A stretch of 64,000 nt of DNA from Deinococcales bacterium (lineage in GTDB: Bacteria > Deinococcota > Deinococci > Deinococcales > JAAFIG01). The stretch covers positions 7,756 through 71,755 of the forward strand of contig JANXTZ010000041.1 in NCBI GenBank assembly GCA_025352125.1, given 5' to 3'. Both the position numbers and the translations under genes were made by a program. A model generated the notes under the pieces. That model had not been told where the DNA came from. It did not search any database and worked only from the letters and a program-made list of their open reading frames with translations. Shown in pieces: positions 1-9,214 of this stretch. Positions within the stretch are counted from its first letter, which is position 1. Every line of letters starts with the position of its first letter.

Positions 1-821
1 ATGTTGCGCAAAAACCGCGACTCGAGCGTTAGCGTTCCAACCGTTATTGTCAGCAGCATCAAACCCAACCAGGCGGCATAAACGCGGTCATAGGCGGCGT
101 TGTACTGAACGTAGATGGCGCTCGAGAAAGTGTCAAAGCGGGTCAGTGAAACCACGCCAAAATCGCCCAGAACATGCAGCGCAATCAGCAATGCGCCAGA
201 CAACCAGGCGGGACGCAATTGCGGCAGGATCACGCGCCAAAAGACTCGCCACTGTGACAATCCCAAACTCCGCCCAGATTCCTCGAGACTCGGGTCAAGT
301 CCGCGCAGGGCATTCCAGAGGTTTAAGAACAGGTACGGGAAACTGAACAGTGCCAGCACGCCGAGCGCCCCAAAATAACCTTCGGGTCTGGGAATATTGA
401 CATGAAGGAGTTTCTCGAGCACCCCGTTTTGACCTGTCGCAGCCAGCATGGCGTAAGCCCCAACGTAACCTGGAACAGCAAGCGGCAGAACACCAATCAA
501 AGTCAAAACACCTTTGGCGGCAATGTTGGTTCTGGCGGTCAACCAAGCCAGCGGCAATGCAATCACACTGGAAACCAGCACCACGCCCAACCCGAGCGCC
601 ACGGTGTTCAGCAGCAGCTCAAGGTTGCGAACCCGAAAAACAATCTCGAGCAAGTCTTTGGGGTTTGCCTCGAGCGCCCGCAAAATCAGGTATGCCAAAG
701 GAATCAGAACTGCCAGGCAGGCAAAAAGTGCTGGAATCAAAAAAGTTTTTGGGGCGGGACGACCCACCCGAGGTTTGAAGCTCGAGATTTTAACTTGATT
801 TTGAGAGGATGTGCGTTGCAT
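1..821 (-). CDS. ABC transporter permease, iron(III)/thiamine type (FbpB-like); N-terminal part only, runs off the left edge
   Basis: Absent from the ORF track because it has no stop inside the window. My own reverse-strand translation from the ATG (complement of 819-821) reads MQRTSSQNQVKISSFKPRVGRPAPKTFLIPALFACLAVLIPLAYLILRALE... with no stop down to position 1. It has several hydrophobic helices and an EAA-loop-like LEESGRSLGLSQWRVFWRVILPQLRPA, typical of MetI-type permeases. Confidence 0.8.
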   Translation of the reverse strand, partial: MQRTSSQNQVKISSFKPRVGRPAPKTFLIPALFACLAVLIPLAYLILRALEANPKDLLEIVFRVRNLELLLNTVALGLGVVLVSSVIALPLAWLTARTNIAAKGVLTLIGVLPLAVPGYVGAYAMLAATGQNGVLEKLLHVNIPRPEGYFGALGVLALFSFPYLFLNLWNALRGLDPSLEESGRSLGLSQWRVFWRVILPQLRPAWLSGALLIALHVLGDFGVVSLTRFDTFSSAIYVQYNAAYDRVYAAWLGLMLLTITVGTLTLESRFLRN

Positions 822-901
822 ACGGATTGGGCGGTCGAATTCCGACTCGACCAATCAATTTACCAGGAATTAATGCGGGGCGTTTGACTGTGCGCTCACT
901 T

Positions 902-2809
902 TCATGTTGGAAGGTTTACGGCAGCTCGAGCGTGATGCGGCTGAGAAGTTCGAGAAGCAAGCAAGTACGGTGCGGCAAAAATCAAACCGCAGACGAAAAG
1001 CACCAATCCGATGTAAGCAGGCAGCAAATGCACAAAATTGGTGTAACCAACATGACTATGAATCCAAAGCGTCGCCACAAAACCAATTGAACCTGCCGCC
1101 AAAAGCAAGTACCACATCCAACGACGACCCCGTTCAAAACCCCACAAACTCGAGGTCAAAACCAGTAAACCCGTCGCCCAGAGCGCCCCACCAAAGCCGC
1201 TGCGATCATGGGCGATCAGTGCCAGCAATTTGGGGTTGGCTCGAGCCAGCGTTTCAGCACTGGTTTGCAAAAATAACAAATCTTCGGGCACGAAAACACG
1301 GATTGCACCGACCAATCCAATGGCAATGCCAGCCAGAATCAAGCCAACCCCGATCATCACAAACAACAATTGCCCGATCAAACCCAAACGCCAAACGGCA
1401 TCATTCTCGAGATCAAAACTTTCTACACTGCAAGCTTGAAATGGTGCGTAAATGCCAATCAAGAAAAAAGGCAGCAAGATCAGGCTGACCAATGCGTGCA
1501 AAACATCGAAATAACCGTAAAGAAAAAACAAGAAAAAACCGCTAAAACCAACAATCGCTGAGACTTGAATACTTTTTCGCGCCCAGTGCAAACCATTGCG
1601 CACACCAAAAAACGCCAATGCAGCAAACATCAAGCCCGCCGAGATCATGGTGCCCGAGAGCGTCACACGGTCATGACGCAAGAAATCAAGCAAGAACGGA
1701 TTAACACCCTCGAGTACCGCTCGAGACACCCCTAAAAAAGATTCATCGTAAGGCAGGGTGGCTCGAGTGATCCCGACGATTGCCACGACAATGCCAGCAA
1801 CGACCATGCCCAGACCAAACAAGCACAAGCAAATCCAAGCTGTGTTGCCCGAGGTGGTTTGGGCTGAATAATTTGTCAGGGCGTTGATGCGTTTGACCAA
1901 ACCTGGACCTGAGAACACCAAACCCGCATGAATTGCCACCAAATCGGCTGAGGCTTCAAAAAAATCTCTTGCGTCTCGAGGTTGAAACACGCCGCCAGCC
2001 GCAATGATCGGGGCGTTGGTGATGGTTTTGAATTGTTGTAAATCTTTGAGCGCAACAGCCTGAAGGCTCGGATTGGTCTGCACCTGACCAGCTTTGAAAA
2101 GACCATCAAACATCACAAAACCTTGCACACCAACTCCGAGCAGCGCATTCACCCATTGGGTTTTGTCGGCTTGTGAAAGCTCGAGCGGCAGCACCGCCAG
2201 CATCGGAAGCGAACAAACTCGAGTGAGCCGCGCAAAGTGTTCACAGCATTTCTCGAGTGAGCGCAATTTGCCATTTTCATCCAGAGGCGGCATCAGGCTA
2301 AACGCATGAACCTGCTTGGCAAGACCTTCAATAACACGGCTTTGCGCTAAAACATCATCGTTCCAGGCTACTCGAGCCATCAGGCGAAGATGAGGGTTGT
2401 TGTTTTGGCTGACACGCTCAATGGCTGTTTTGAGGTCAAGGCTGGCAACAAGCGAATAACGAATGGATTGTGTCTCGAGGTCACGTTCTACAGCATCAAG
2501 ATCACCCGAACCTGCAAGGCTGACCGCACCAAATTCGATCAATCCAACCCCAAACCGCGACAAGGCATTGATTGCCAACACGTGCGCGTCCAAACCTGCC
2601 GCCAGCACAACCCGAGATTGACATTCCAAACCCAAAAAACAAATATTTGCTTGGGTTGGACGCATGTGTCCAACAAATTCGATCAAGAGTTGCCCTGGTT
2701 TACCTCGTGCCAAAAAACCAATCGTTCCAAGGGTCAAGTCTCGAGCTTGATGGGCTGGAAACCGAAACAAAATATGGCGAAAAATATTTTGATATGACCA
2801 GTCAGGCAT
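902..2809 (-). CDS. Dihydroorotate dehydrogenase-like TIM-barrel domain fused to a C-terminal polytopic membrane domain
   Basis: 635-aa ORF. The N-terminal ~320 aa resemble class-2 PyrD (LGLECQSRVVLAAGLD..., PIIAAGGVFQPRDARDFFEASADLVAIHAGLVFSGPGLVKRI). The C-terminal ~300 aa form about 8 hydrophobic helices. Confidence 0.7.
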   Translation of the reverse strand: MPDWSYQNIFRHILFRFPAHQARDLTLGTIGFLARGKPGQLLIEFVGHMRPTQANICFLGLECQSRVVLAAGLDAHVLAINALSRFGVGLIEFGAVSLAGSGDLDAVERDLETQSIRYSLVASLDLKTAIERVSQNNNPHLRLMARVAWNDDVLAQSRVIEGLAKQVHAFSLMPPLDENGKLRSLEKCCEHFARLTRVCSLPMLAVLPLELSQADKTQWVNALLGVGVQGFVMFDGLFKAGQVQTNPSLQAVALKDLQQFKTITNAPIIAAGGVFQPRDARDFFEASADLVAIHAGLVFSGPGLVKRINALTNYSAQTTSGNTAWICLCLFGLGMVVAGIVVAIVGITRATLPYDESFLGVSRAVLEGVNPFLLDFLRHDRVTLSGTMISAGLMFAALAFFGVRNGLHWARKSIQVSAIVGFSGFFLFFLYGYFDVLHALVSLILLPFFLIGIYAPFQACSVESFDLENDAVWRLGLIGQLLFVMIGVGLILAGIAIGLVGAIRVFVPEDLLFLQTSAETLARANPKLLALIAHDRSGFGGALWATGLLVLTSSLWGFERGRRWMWYLLLAAGSIGFVATLWIHSHVGYTNFVHLLPAYIGLVLFVCGLIFAAPYLLASRTSQPHHARAAVNLPT

Positions 2810-2855
2810 GACTACTCAAAGCTTAACTCGAGCAACAACTTCAAGTGTCCCATAC

Positions 2856-3809
2856 TCAATATCCCTTCTCGCGGCTGACCAGATTCTCGAGCGTCTCCCC
2901 TGCCACAAACTTTTCGGCATTGCGCTCCAGGAGCGCATTGGCTTTGCCAATCAAATTGGGTCCACCGCCAGCAATGTGCGGCGTGAGAAGGCAGTTCTCG
3001 AGTGACCAGAGTTTGGAATCGCTGGGCAATGGTTCAGTTTCGGTCACATCCAAAGCCGCGCCGCCAATTTGATGATTCTCGAGTGCCGCAACCAGGGCAT
3101 TTTCGTCAATTGCACTACCGCGTCCGACGTTCACAACCCAAGCTCGAGGGCTTAAAAGTGCGAGTCGCTCTTTGTTCATGATGTGTTGGGTGGCTGGCGT
3201 GTCGGGCAGCACCATGATGACGGCATCGGCGCTGGGCAAGACCAAATCCAGGTCTTCGATGGCGTGCGTGACAAAACCTTCACGGTCGCCAGAAGTGTTG
3301 GCAACACCCTCGACGCTCGCACCAAACGGTTGAAGTCGGTGCGCAATCTCGAGTCCAATCGCGCCCATGCCCAGAATCAGCACGTTCGCCCCCTCGAGCG
3401 TCATCAGTTGCGTGCTGGGGGCGTTGACGGCTTGGTTGTAGAAGGCTTTGTCCCAACTTTTGGCGGTCTGGTGGTCGCGGTGCAGGTGCATTCGGCGCAC
3501 AGCACTCAGCAGTAAAGTCACGGCGAGTTCGGCGGTGGGCGCGTCGTGCAAGCCCTTGCCGTTGGAAACCATGATGCGACCCGAAGGGTTCAGATCGAGC
3601 ACGTGGTTGATCCCAGCCGTGAAGGTTTGAACCCATCTCAAACTTGGCATCTCGAGCAATGGCGCTAGACCTTTGCTGGTGATGCCCCACACGACCAGAC
3701 CTTCGGCGTCAAGCCCTTCCAGGCTTTCATGTCGGTTAAAACGCACAACCTCGAGTGGAAGTTCTGGAAGTTCCCAGGTGACGGAATCGGGGATCAGGAT
3801 TCTAGGCAT
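2856..3809 (-). CDS. D-isomer-specific 2-hydroxyacid dehydrogenase family (NAD-binding)
   Basis: 317 aa with Rossmann motif ILGMGAIGLEIAHRL, plus VNVGRGSAIDENALVAAL and LDVTETEPLP...LLTPHIAG family signatures. Confidence 0.85.
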   Translation of the reverse strand: MPRILIPDSVTWELPELPLEVVRFNRHESLEGLDAEGLVVWGITSKGLAPLLEMPSLRWVQTFTAGINHVLDLNPSGRIMVSNGKGLHDAPTAELAVTLLLSAVRRMHLHRDHQTAKSWDKAFYNQAVNAPSTQLMTLEGANVLILGMGAIGLEIAHRLQPFGASVEGVANTSGDREGFVTHAIEDLDLVLPSADAVIMVLPDTPATQHIMNKERLALLSPRAWVVNVGRGSAIDENALVAALENHQIGGAALDVTETEPLPSDSKLWSLENCLLTPHIAGGGPNLIGKANALLERNAEKFVAGETLENLVSREKGY

Positions 3810-3954
3810 GGGGTGATTCTAACGCGAGAAAGGTAGTTTGGACTTCAAGTTTTTCATGCTGGCGCGTTACACTGCGCCTCGGGTTGTAGCCCCAAGTTAG
3901 ACCAGTCAATCGAATTTCTTCTCGAGCAACACTCGAGTTCTCCCGAGGTAAACC

Positions 3955-4938
3955 ATGAAAAAACCGTTGTTGTATTTATTCACCGCCGTTTTACTTTCAC
4001 CCATGGCTTTATCGCAAAATGCGGTGACCAAAATCAAAGTCGGTTTGGGTTACTTGCCAGACGTGCAATTTGCGCCGTTTTACCTCGCCGAAACGAGCGG
4101 GGCGTACAAAAAAGCTGGTTTTGAGGTCGAGTTCCAGCATGGTTTCACCAACGAGTTGTACCCGCTGCTGGCGGCTGGCAAGCTCGATTACGTGGTTGCC
4201 GACGCCGAGGATGTGGTCTTGTTGCGCTCGGAAAATGCCAAAGCCGCGCCGTTCAAGTACATCATGGCATTGTATCAAAATGTGCCAAATGCGCTGTTCA
4301 GCAAAGCCGAAAAAAATATTAAAACCATCAAAGATTTAAAGGGCAAGACCATCGGCATTCCAGGCAAGTACGGCAACTCCTGGACGAGCCTGCAAGCGAC
4401 CCTCAAAGCCGCCAAACTCAAAGAATCTGACGTGAAGATTCTCGAGATTGGTTTCACCCAACTCGAGGCTGTCGTGGCGAACCGTGTCGATGTGGCAATG
4501 GGCTTTATCAACAACGAACCCGTCAAAGCCGCCGCGCAAAATATTAAGTTAAACGTCATCCTCGCGGCAAAGTACAACCGTGCCCCAGGCGTTGGCGTGA
4601 TTACGACAGATGCGAACCTCGAGAAACCAGAATTGGTCAAGGCATTCTTGGCGGCGAGCCAGGCTGCAATGGTCACGACCATCAACACGCCAAAAATCGC
4701 GTTTGAAGCCAGCAAAAAATACGTGCAAAACCTGGGCGACGAGGGCATGAAGGTGCTCGAGGCGAGCATTGGGTTGTACCAAAGCCCATTCACCCAAGCC
4801 GAGGGAATTGGTTTCAGCAACCCGAACGGCTGGCAGAGCGCGATTGATCTTTTAAAATCGGTTGGTCGCCTGCCAAAACCTGCAGGACGCAGCACGTTTT
4901 ACACGAACATTTACCTGAAAAACGTTCAGGCAAAATAA
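3955..4938 (+). CDS. ABC transporter substrate-binding protein, NMT1/THI5-like (NitT/TauT family)
   Basis: 327 aa with an N-terminal signal peptide (MKKPLLYLFTAVLLSPMALS). KIKVGLGYLPDVQFAPFYLAETSGAYKKAGFEVEF is typical of the family. Confidence 0.8.
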   Translation: MKKPLLYLFTAVLLSPMALSQNAVTKIKVGLGYLPDVQFAPFYLAETSGAYKKAGFEVEFQHGFTNELYPLLAAGKLDYVVADAEDVVLLRSENAKAAPFKYIMALYQNVPNALFSKAEKNIKTIKDLKGKTIGIPGKYGNSWTSLQATLKAAKLKESDVKILEIGFTQLEAVVANRVDVAMGFINNEPVKAAAQNIKLNVILAAKYNRAPGVGVITTDANLEKPELVKAFLAASQAAMVTTINTPKIAFEASKKYVQNLGDEGMKVLEASIGLYQSPFTQAEGIGFSNPNGWQSAIDLLKSVGRLPKPAGRSTFYTNIYLKNVQAK

Positions 4939-4949
4939 AAATCTCGAGC

Positions 4950-4979
4950 AACCGTGAGTGCCGATGCTCACGGTTTTTT
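4950..4979. terminator. Rho-independent terminator between the convergent SBP gene and purU
   Basis: AACCGTGAG-tgccgatg-CTCACGGTT stem-loop followed by TTTT on the + strand. It abuts the purU stop codon on the other side. Confidence 0.65.
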
Positions 4980-5872
4980 CAAAACACCACGGTTTTGTTC
5001 TGATGCACCAAAACCCGATCCTCGAGATGGGCTTTGACCGCCCTGGCGAGAACGTTGCGTTCAATGTCGCGCCCAATGCGGGTCAAAGCTTTCACATCGT
5101 CGCGGTGCGAAACCCGGGCGACATCTTGTTCGATGATCGGTCCCGCGTCGAGTTCTGAGGTCACGTAATGGGCGGTCGCGCCGACCAATTTGACCCCCCT
5201 GGCAAGGGCACTTTTGTACGGATTCGCGCCAACAAATGCGGGCAAGAAACTGTGGTGAATGTTGATCACGGGCATCTGGGTGTTCTCGAGAAAATCGCCC
5301 GAAAGAATTTGCATGTAACGCGCCAAGACCGCAAAATCGGCGTTGCCCTTTAACAACTCGAGAATTTTTTGCTCACTGGCGGTTTTGTCATTTTTTTCGA
5401 CTGGCACGTAATGAAATGGAATGCCAAAAGTGCGCACGTCAGGCTCGAGGTCTTGGTGGTTGCTGATGACAAACGGTATCTCGGCGTCGAATTCGCCGCG
5501 CCGCACCCGCCAGAGTAAATCCATGATGCAGTGATCGTATTTGCTGCACAAGATTGCCATGCGTTTGGGTTCAGAGGCGTACCAGACTTTCCAGTCCATG
5601 CCAAACGGTGTGGCAACGACTTCGTGAAAAGTTTTCTCGAATTGGGCTTTGGTCAAGTCCAGTCCCTCGAGGTGGAATTCTTGGCGCATAAAGAATGTAC
5701 CGCCTTCAGGATCGGTGCTGTGCTGGTCGCTGGAGATGATGTTGGCATTGTGGCTGTACAAGAACTGCGAGACGGCGGCGACGATGCCGCGCCGGTCTGG
5801 GCAGGAGATCAACAACCTTGCGGTGTTGGGGCGGGCGTAGGCTTTGGTGGTTGGTGTGGCGTCTGGTTGCAT
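4979..5872 (-). CDS. purU: Formyltetrahydrofolate deformylase
   Basis: 297 aa with an N-terminal ACT domain ([34 protein letters not shown]) followed by a formyltransferase domain ([18 protein letters not shown]). Confidence 0.9.
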   Translation of the reverse strand: MQPDATPTTKAYARPNTARLLISCPDRRGIVAAVSQFLYSHNANIISSDQHSTDPEGGTFFMRQEFHLEGLDLTKAQFEKTFHEVVATPFGMDWKVWYASEPKRMAILCSKYDHCIMDLLWRVRRGEFDAEIPFVISNHQDLEPDVRTFGIPFHYVPVEKNDKTASEQKILELLKGNADFAVLARYMQILSGDFLENTQMPVINIHHSFLPAFVGANPYKSALARGVKLVGATAHYVTSELDAGPIIEQDVARVSHRDDVKALTRIGRDIERNVLARAVKAHLEDRVLVHQNKTVVF

Positions 5873-6010
5873 CGATGTACAGTTTAACCCGTGGCTTTGA
5901 TTCGCCCGAGTATGTCAAGTTTTAACGACTTTTTGACAAGTATGCTTGACAAAAAGCCAAGTTTGATTTACATTGATGTCAAGCAACATTGACACCTCGA
6001 GATTCCAGAT

Positions 6011-6226
6011 GTGTCGAAAGGGCATTTCATGAACAGTGTTCAAATCAACCAGAAACTCGAGCAATTTCGCCGTGAGGCAACAATTCAAAATGCACTGGGC
6101 GAAATTCGTCGTCAGCACTTCAACACACTCAAAACTGCTGCTCGAACCATGCTGCTCGAATTGTCTGCACTGACCATCGGCAGCCTCGAGATGCCTGGCA
6201 ATGCACAGGTGCAAAAACATGTTTGA
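6011..6226 (+). CDS. Small hypothetical protein (71 aa from GTG 6011, or 65 aa from ATG 6029)
   Basis: The ORF stop (6224-6226) overlaps a candidate ATG (6219) of the downstream GNAT gene as ATGTTTGA, which suggests translational coupling. I recognise no homolog. Confidence 0.3.
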   Translation: MSKGHFMNSVQINQKLEQFRREATIQNALGEIRRQHFNTLKTAARTMLLELSALTIGSLEMPGNAQVQKHV

Positions 6227-7244
6227 GCTTGAACACCGCACCGCAAAAACCGTGTCTGAAACCGAAATTCGAGAATTCACCGCCCTTGCCAATGAATTGC
6301 GCAAGGAAACACAACCGGACGACCCACCGAGTCAAGCCGAAGTGCGAATCCAAGAGTTCAAAAACTTGCCCGATTTTGTCGAGGTTCACATCTGGCTTGC
6401 CACGGAGAACAACGCCGCCATCGGTTTTGCAAACCTGCAAATCGTACACTTGCCCGACAATCAGCACATGGCGCAATTCAACATTCAGATTCTTGCCGAG
6501 CACCGCAACAAAGGTCTGGGAAAAACGATCCTTAAAAAAGTGTTCGACACCGCCAAAAACGCAAATCGAAGCCTGCTCATTGCCATGAGTCACGACAAAA
6601 TTCCAGCCGGCGAAATCTTTCTCGAGCATTACGGATTTACGCGTGGCATGGAAACCAAAGTCAGCCAGTTGAGTGTCTATGAATTCGAGTCTGACAAACT
6701 CGAGCACTGGATCAACGGTGGTCAAACCCGAGCTTCTGATTACGTTCTGGGAAGTTGGAACGGCGCAATCCCAGAGAATGAACTTGCCGCTTTCGCCGTA
6801 CTGATGGATGTCATGAACACCCAACCCAAGGGTGACCTCGAGATGGAAGACGAGCATCTCTCGCCCGAAGTCATTCGTGACCTGGAAAAAGTCAAATTTG
6901 GTTCTGGTGGAAAGCGGGTCATCAGTTACGTCAAGCACCGCACAAGTGGCAAATTCGCAGGTTACACCGAACTGGAGTGGCATCCAACACGTGCCAGCAT
7001 CGTGACCCAACAGGCGACCGGCGTCAATCTTGAACATCGAAACATTGGGCTTGGACGCTGGCTGAAAGCCGCGAACCTTAAAGAAATGCTTGCCATGAAC
7101 CCGGAGGCAAAATTTGTCAGAACCGGCAACGCCAACGACAATGCCGCCATGCTCAAAATCAATCTCGAGCTTGGATTCAAACCGTATTTCGCCTCGACAG
7201 TCTGGCAGGGCAACACGGACACCATCTTTGAGAGACTCGCATAA
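6201..7244 (+). CDS. GNAT family N-acetyltransferase, possibly two tandem GNAT-like halves
   Basis: 347 aa with the acetyl-CoA motif region ILAEHRNKGLGKTILKKVF. Start is ambiguous (ATG 6201 or ATG 6219). The longer antisense ORF 6129-7367 has no recognisable features. Confidence 0.75.
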   Translation: MHRCKNMFELEHRTAKTVSETEIREFTALANELRKETQPDDPPSQAEVRIQEFKNLPDFVEVHIWLATENNAAIGFANLQIVHLPDNQHMAQFNIQILAEHRNKGLGKTILKKVFDTAKNANRSLLIAMSHDKIPAGEIFLEHYGFTRGMETKVSQLSVYEFESDKLEHWINGGQTRASDYVLGSWNGAIPENELAAFAVLMDVMNTQPKGDLEMEDEHLSPEVIRDLEKVKFGSGGKRVISYVKHRTSGKFAGYTELEWHPTRASIVTQQATGVNLEHRNIGLGRWLKAANLKEMLAMNPEAKFVRTGNANDNAAMLKINLELGFKPYFASTVWQGNTDTIFERLA

Positions 7245-7272
7245 TCCCAGGCATTTCTGAAAGAATGGACGC

Positions 7273-8427
7273 ATGACAAACACTGAAAACCCCGAAGCGG
7301 CAATCCTAACCGGCGACGACCTTGCCAAAGCCCGTTCCCGAGAGCAAGAAAACGTGGTTTCGAGCATTTTGGGACTGGTCCTGGCATTCGTTTTCTTTTT
7401 CGTCTGGGTCTACGGTGGTCTCTCGAGCGCCCTTCGTGACGCGCTGGGCGGTGACAAAGACTTGATCTCGAGAATCTTGTTTATTGTCGTATTTTTCGTG
7501 ATCTCGAGCATCACCGAATTTCCAATCTCGTACTATTTTGGTTTTCTCAGCGGCAAAAAATACGGGTTGTTAAAACAAGATTTTAAAGGTTGGCTGGTTG
7601 ACAACATCAAAGAAAATGTTGTCAATTCTGCCATGATTGGCTTGCTGTTATTTGGTTTTTACGCCGCCATTCGCGCCTTTCCAAACGCCTGGTTTCCGGT
7701 GGCGATGGCTGGCGTGACCGTATTTTTCGCTGTCATCTTGTTCATCAGTCCGTTTCTGGTCAAAATGCGTTTCAAAAGTGAGCCGCTCAACAATCCAGAA
7801 CTCGAGGCTCGGGTCAAAAAGATTTTTGCTGCCTCGGGCGTGAAACTGACCAAAACCAGCCGCTGGCTGTTTGGCGAGAAAACCAAACAGGGCAATGCGG
7901 CGTTGATACCAGACGGTTTCGGCTCAGAAGTCTTGATTTCAGACACGCTCATGGCAAGTATGCAGCCCGAAGGAATTGAAGTTGTTCTGGCACACGAAAT
8001 TGGGCACAAGGTCCACAAGGATTTGTACAAGGGCTTGGCGCTCAATTGGTTGTTGTTTGCCCTGATTGTTGCCGCCGCAAATTATTCGTTTTCGACCATC
8101 GGCATGGACGGAGGATTGCGCGGCTCGAGCGACATTGCCACGCTACCCGTGTTTTTCTTTGTTGCCACACTGATTGGTCAGGTGTTCAGCCTCATCACCA
8201 ATGCCACCACCCGAGCCGCCGAGTACGCCGCCGACAGGTTCGCACTCGAGATCACCAAAAACCCCAAAGCCTTTGAAGCCGCGTTTCGCAGCCTCGCCAG
8301 AGAGAATCTGTCCGACCCAAACCCGCCCGCCTGGGTCGAATTCTGGTTGCACAACCATCCCACAATCGAAAAACGCATTGCCGCCGCTCGGGTCTGGGCA
8401 AAAGACAAAGGAATCAACGTGACCTGA
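7273..8427 (+). CDS. M48 family (Ste24/HtpX-like) membrane zinc metalloprotease
   Basis: 384 aa with multiple TM helices, the HEXXH motif VLAHEIGHKVHKD, and the C-terminal NHPTIEKRI typical of M48. Confidence 0.85.
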   Translation: MTNTENPEAAILTGDDLAKARSREQENVVSSILGLVLAFVFFFVWVYGGLSSALRDALGGDKDLISRILFIVVFFVISSITEFPISYYFGFLSGKKYGLLKQDFKGWLVDNIKENVVNSAMIGLLLFGFYAAIRAFPNAWFPVAMAGVTVFFAVILFISPFLVKMRFKSEPLNNPELEARVKKIFAASGVKLTKTSRWLFGEKTKQGNAALIPDGFGSEVLISDTLMASMQPEGIEVVLAHEIGHKVHKDLYKGLALNWLLFALIVAAANYSFSTIGMDGGLRGSSDIATLPVFFFVATLIGQVFSLITNATTRAAEYAADRFALEITKNPKAFEAAFRSLARENLSDPNPPAWVEFWLHNHPTIEKRIAAARVWAKDKGINVT

Positions 8428-8642
8428 TGGAAAACCGCATCCGAGAACTCCGAGCCGTCAAACGCTGGTCGCAAGCCGATCTGGCACAAAAACTGGGGGT
8501 CAGCCGTCAGACGGTGAACGCACTCGAGACTGGAAAGTACGATCCGAGTTTGCCCCTGGCATTCAAATTATCCAGAATGTTCGGGTTGAACATTGAAAAC
8601 ATCTTCACACCCGAACTCGAGGATTTAAAGGAAGCATCATGA
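8427..8642 (+). CDS. XRE-family helix-turn-helix transcriptional regulator (short, y4mF-like)
   Basis: 71 aa: RIRELRAVKRWSQADLAQKLGVSRQTVNALETGKYDPSLPLAFKLSRMF. Its start shares one nucleotide with the protease stop (TGATG). Confidence 0.85.
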   Translation: MENRIRELRAVKRWSQADLAQKLGVSRQTVNALETGKYDPSLPLAFKLSRMFGLNIENIFTPELEDLKEAS

Positions 8643-9214
8643 GTTTGATTCTTGGCATTCTGTTGTTTTTCATAAAATTTTTGATTTTCGCATATTTTCT
8701 GTTGCGGGGTGTGCTGCTTTCGGGCTTGTTTTCAGTGCTCGAACCAACCGATTTTGGTCGCAAGGTCAAAAAATCTTTTATGGGAATCCGTGGTTTTCTT
8801 GAACTCGACGGCAGCAGCAAGATCGAACTGATACCACCCTGGGGAAATATCGCCTTTGGCATGGCAGGTTTTTTTGCACTTGCGTTTGTGCTCGAGACAA
8901 ATTTTGGATTTTTGGCATTGGCAATTGCCACGCTGGTGTCCGCCTGGATTCGGCGCAATCACACCTCAGAAATCATTGACGAGCGAAGCTTCGCGCAACT
9001 CTCGAGGATTCTGGCTGCCGCCAGCGAAATCACGTTGATGTTCGCCCTGGCGTTCTTTTTGATCTTTAGGATCAACCTGGACATTTTTGCTTTTCTAAGT
9101 GGACTTTTTGCGGTGCGAGAAATAGCCTTCGCGTACCTCGCACAGCAACTTGAAGATACTGAAAAGCCCGAGTTCGCTGAAGAGGTCGAGCGACTCGAGC
9201 CTTCAGTCGAGTAA
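8639..9214 (+). CDS. Small multi-pass membrane protein, usual partner of the short HTH regulator
   Basis: 191 aa with about 4 hydrophobic helices and an ATGA start/stop overlap with the HTH gene. Confidence 0.6.
   Translation: MSLILGILLFFIKFLIFAYFLLRGVLLSGLFSVLEPTDFGRKVKKSFMGIRGFLELDGSSKIELIPPWGNIAFGMAGFFALAFVLETNFGFLALAIATLVSAWIRRNHTSEIIDERSFAQLSRILAAASEITLMFALAFFLIFRINLDIFAFLSGLFAVREIAFAYLAQQLEDTEKPEFAEEVERLEPSVE

Noticed and set aside
3810-3954. A TPP riboswitch upstream of the NMT1/THI5-like binding protein.
   Set aside because: I could not find the conserved CUGAGA and ACCUGAUCUGGAUAAUGCCAGCG-like elements by eye. Only a covariance-model scan could settle this.
5967-5982. A Deinococcus radiation/desiccation response motif (RDRM, DdrO operator) at TTTACATTGATGTCAA.
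   Set aside because: The dyad has ACAT..ATGT polarity and 16-bp spacing rather than the 17-bp TTATGT-N5-ACATAA-type arrangement I recall. The flanking genes (purU, GNAT) are not typical DdrO targets.
6129-7367. Long antisense ORFs opposite recognised genes: 6129-7367, 25327-26535 (402 aa opposite groEL), 34997-36616 (539 aa opposite vWA), 31032-32060, 44876-45730, 4275-4895 and 12058-12720.
   Set aside because: Each lies opposite an ORF with clear family motifs. Their translations are Arg/Gly/His/Cys-skewed with no recognisable domains. They are probably shadow ORFs kept open by the codon composition of the real gene.
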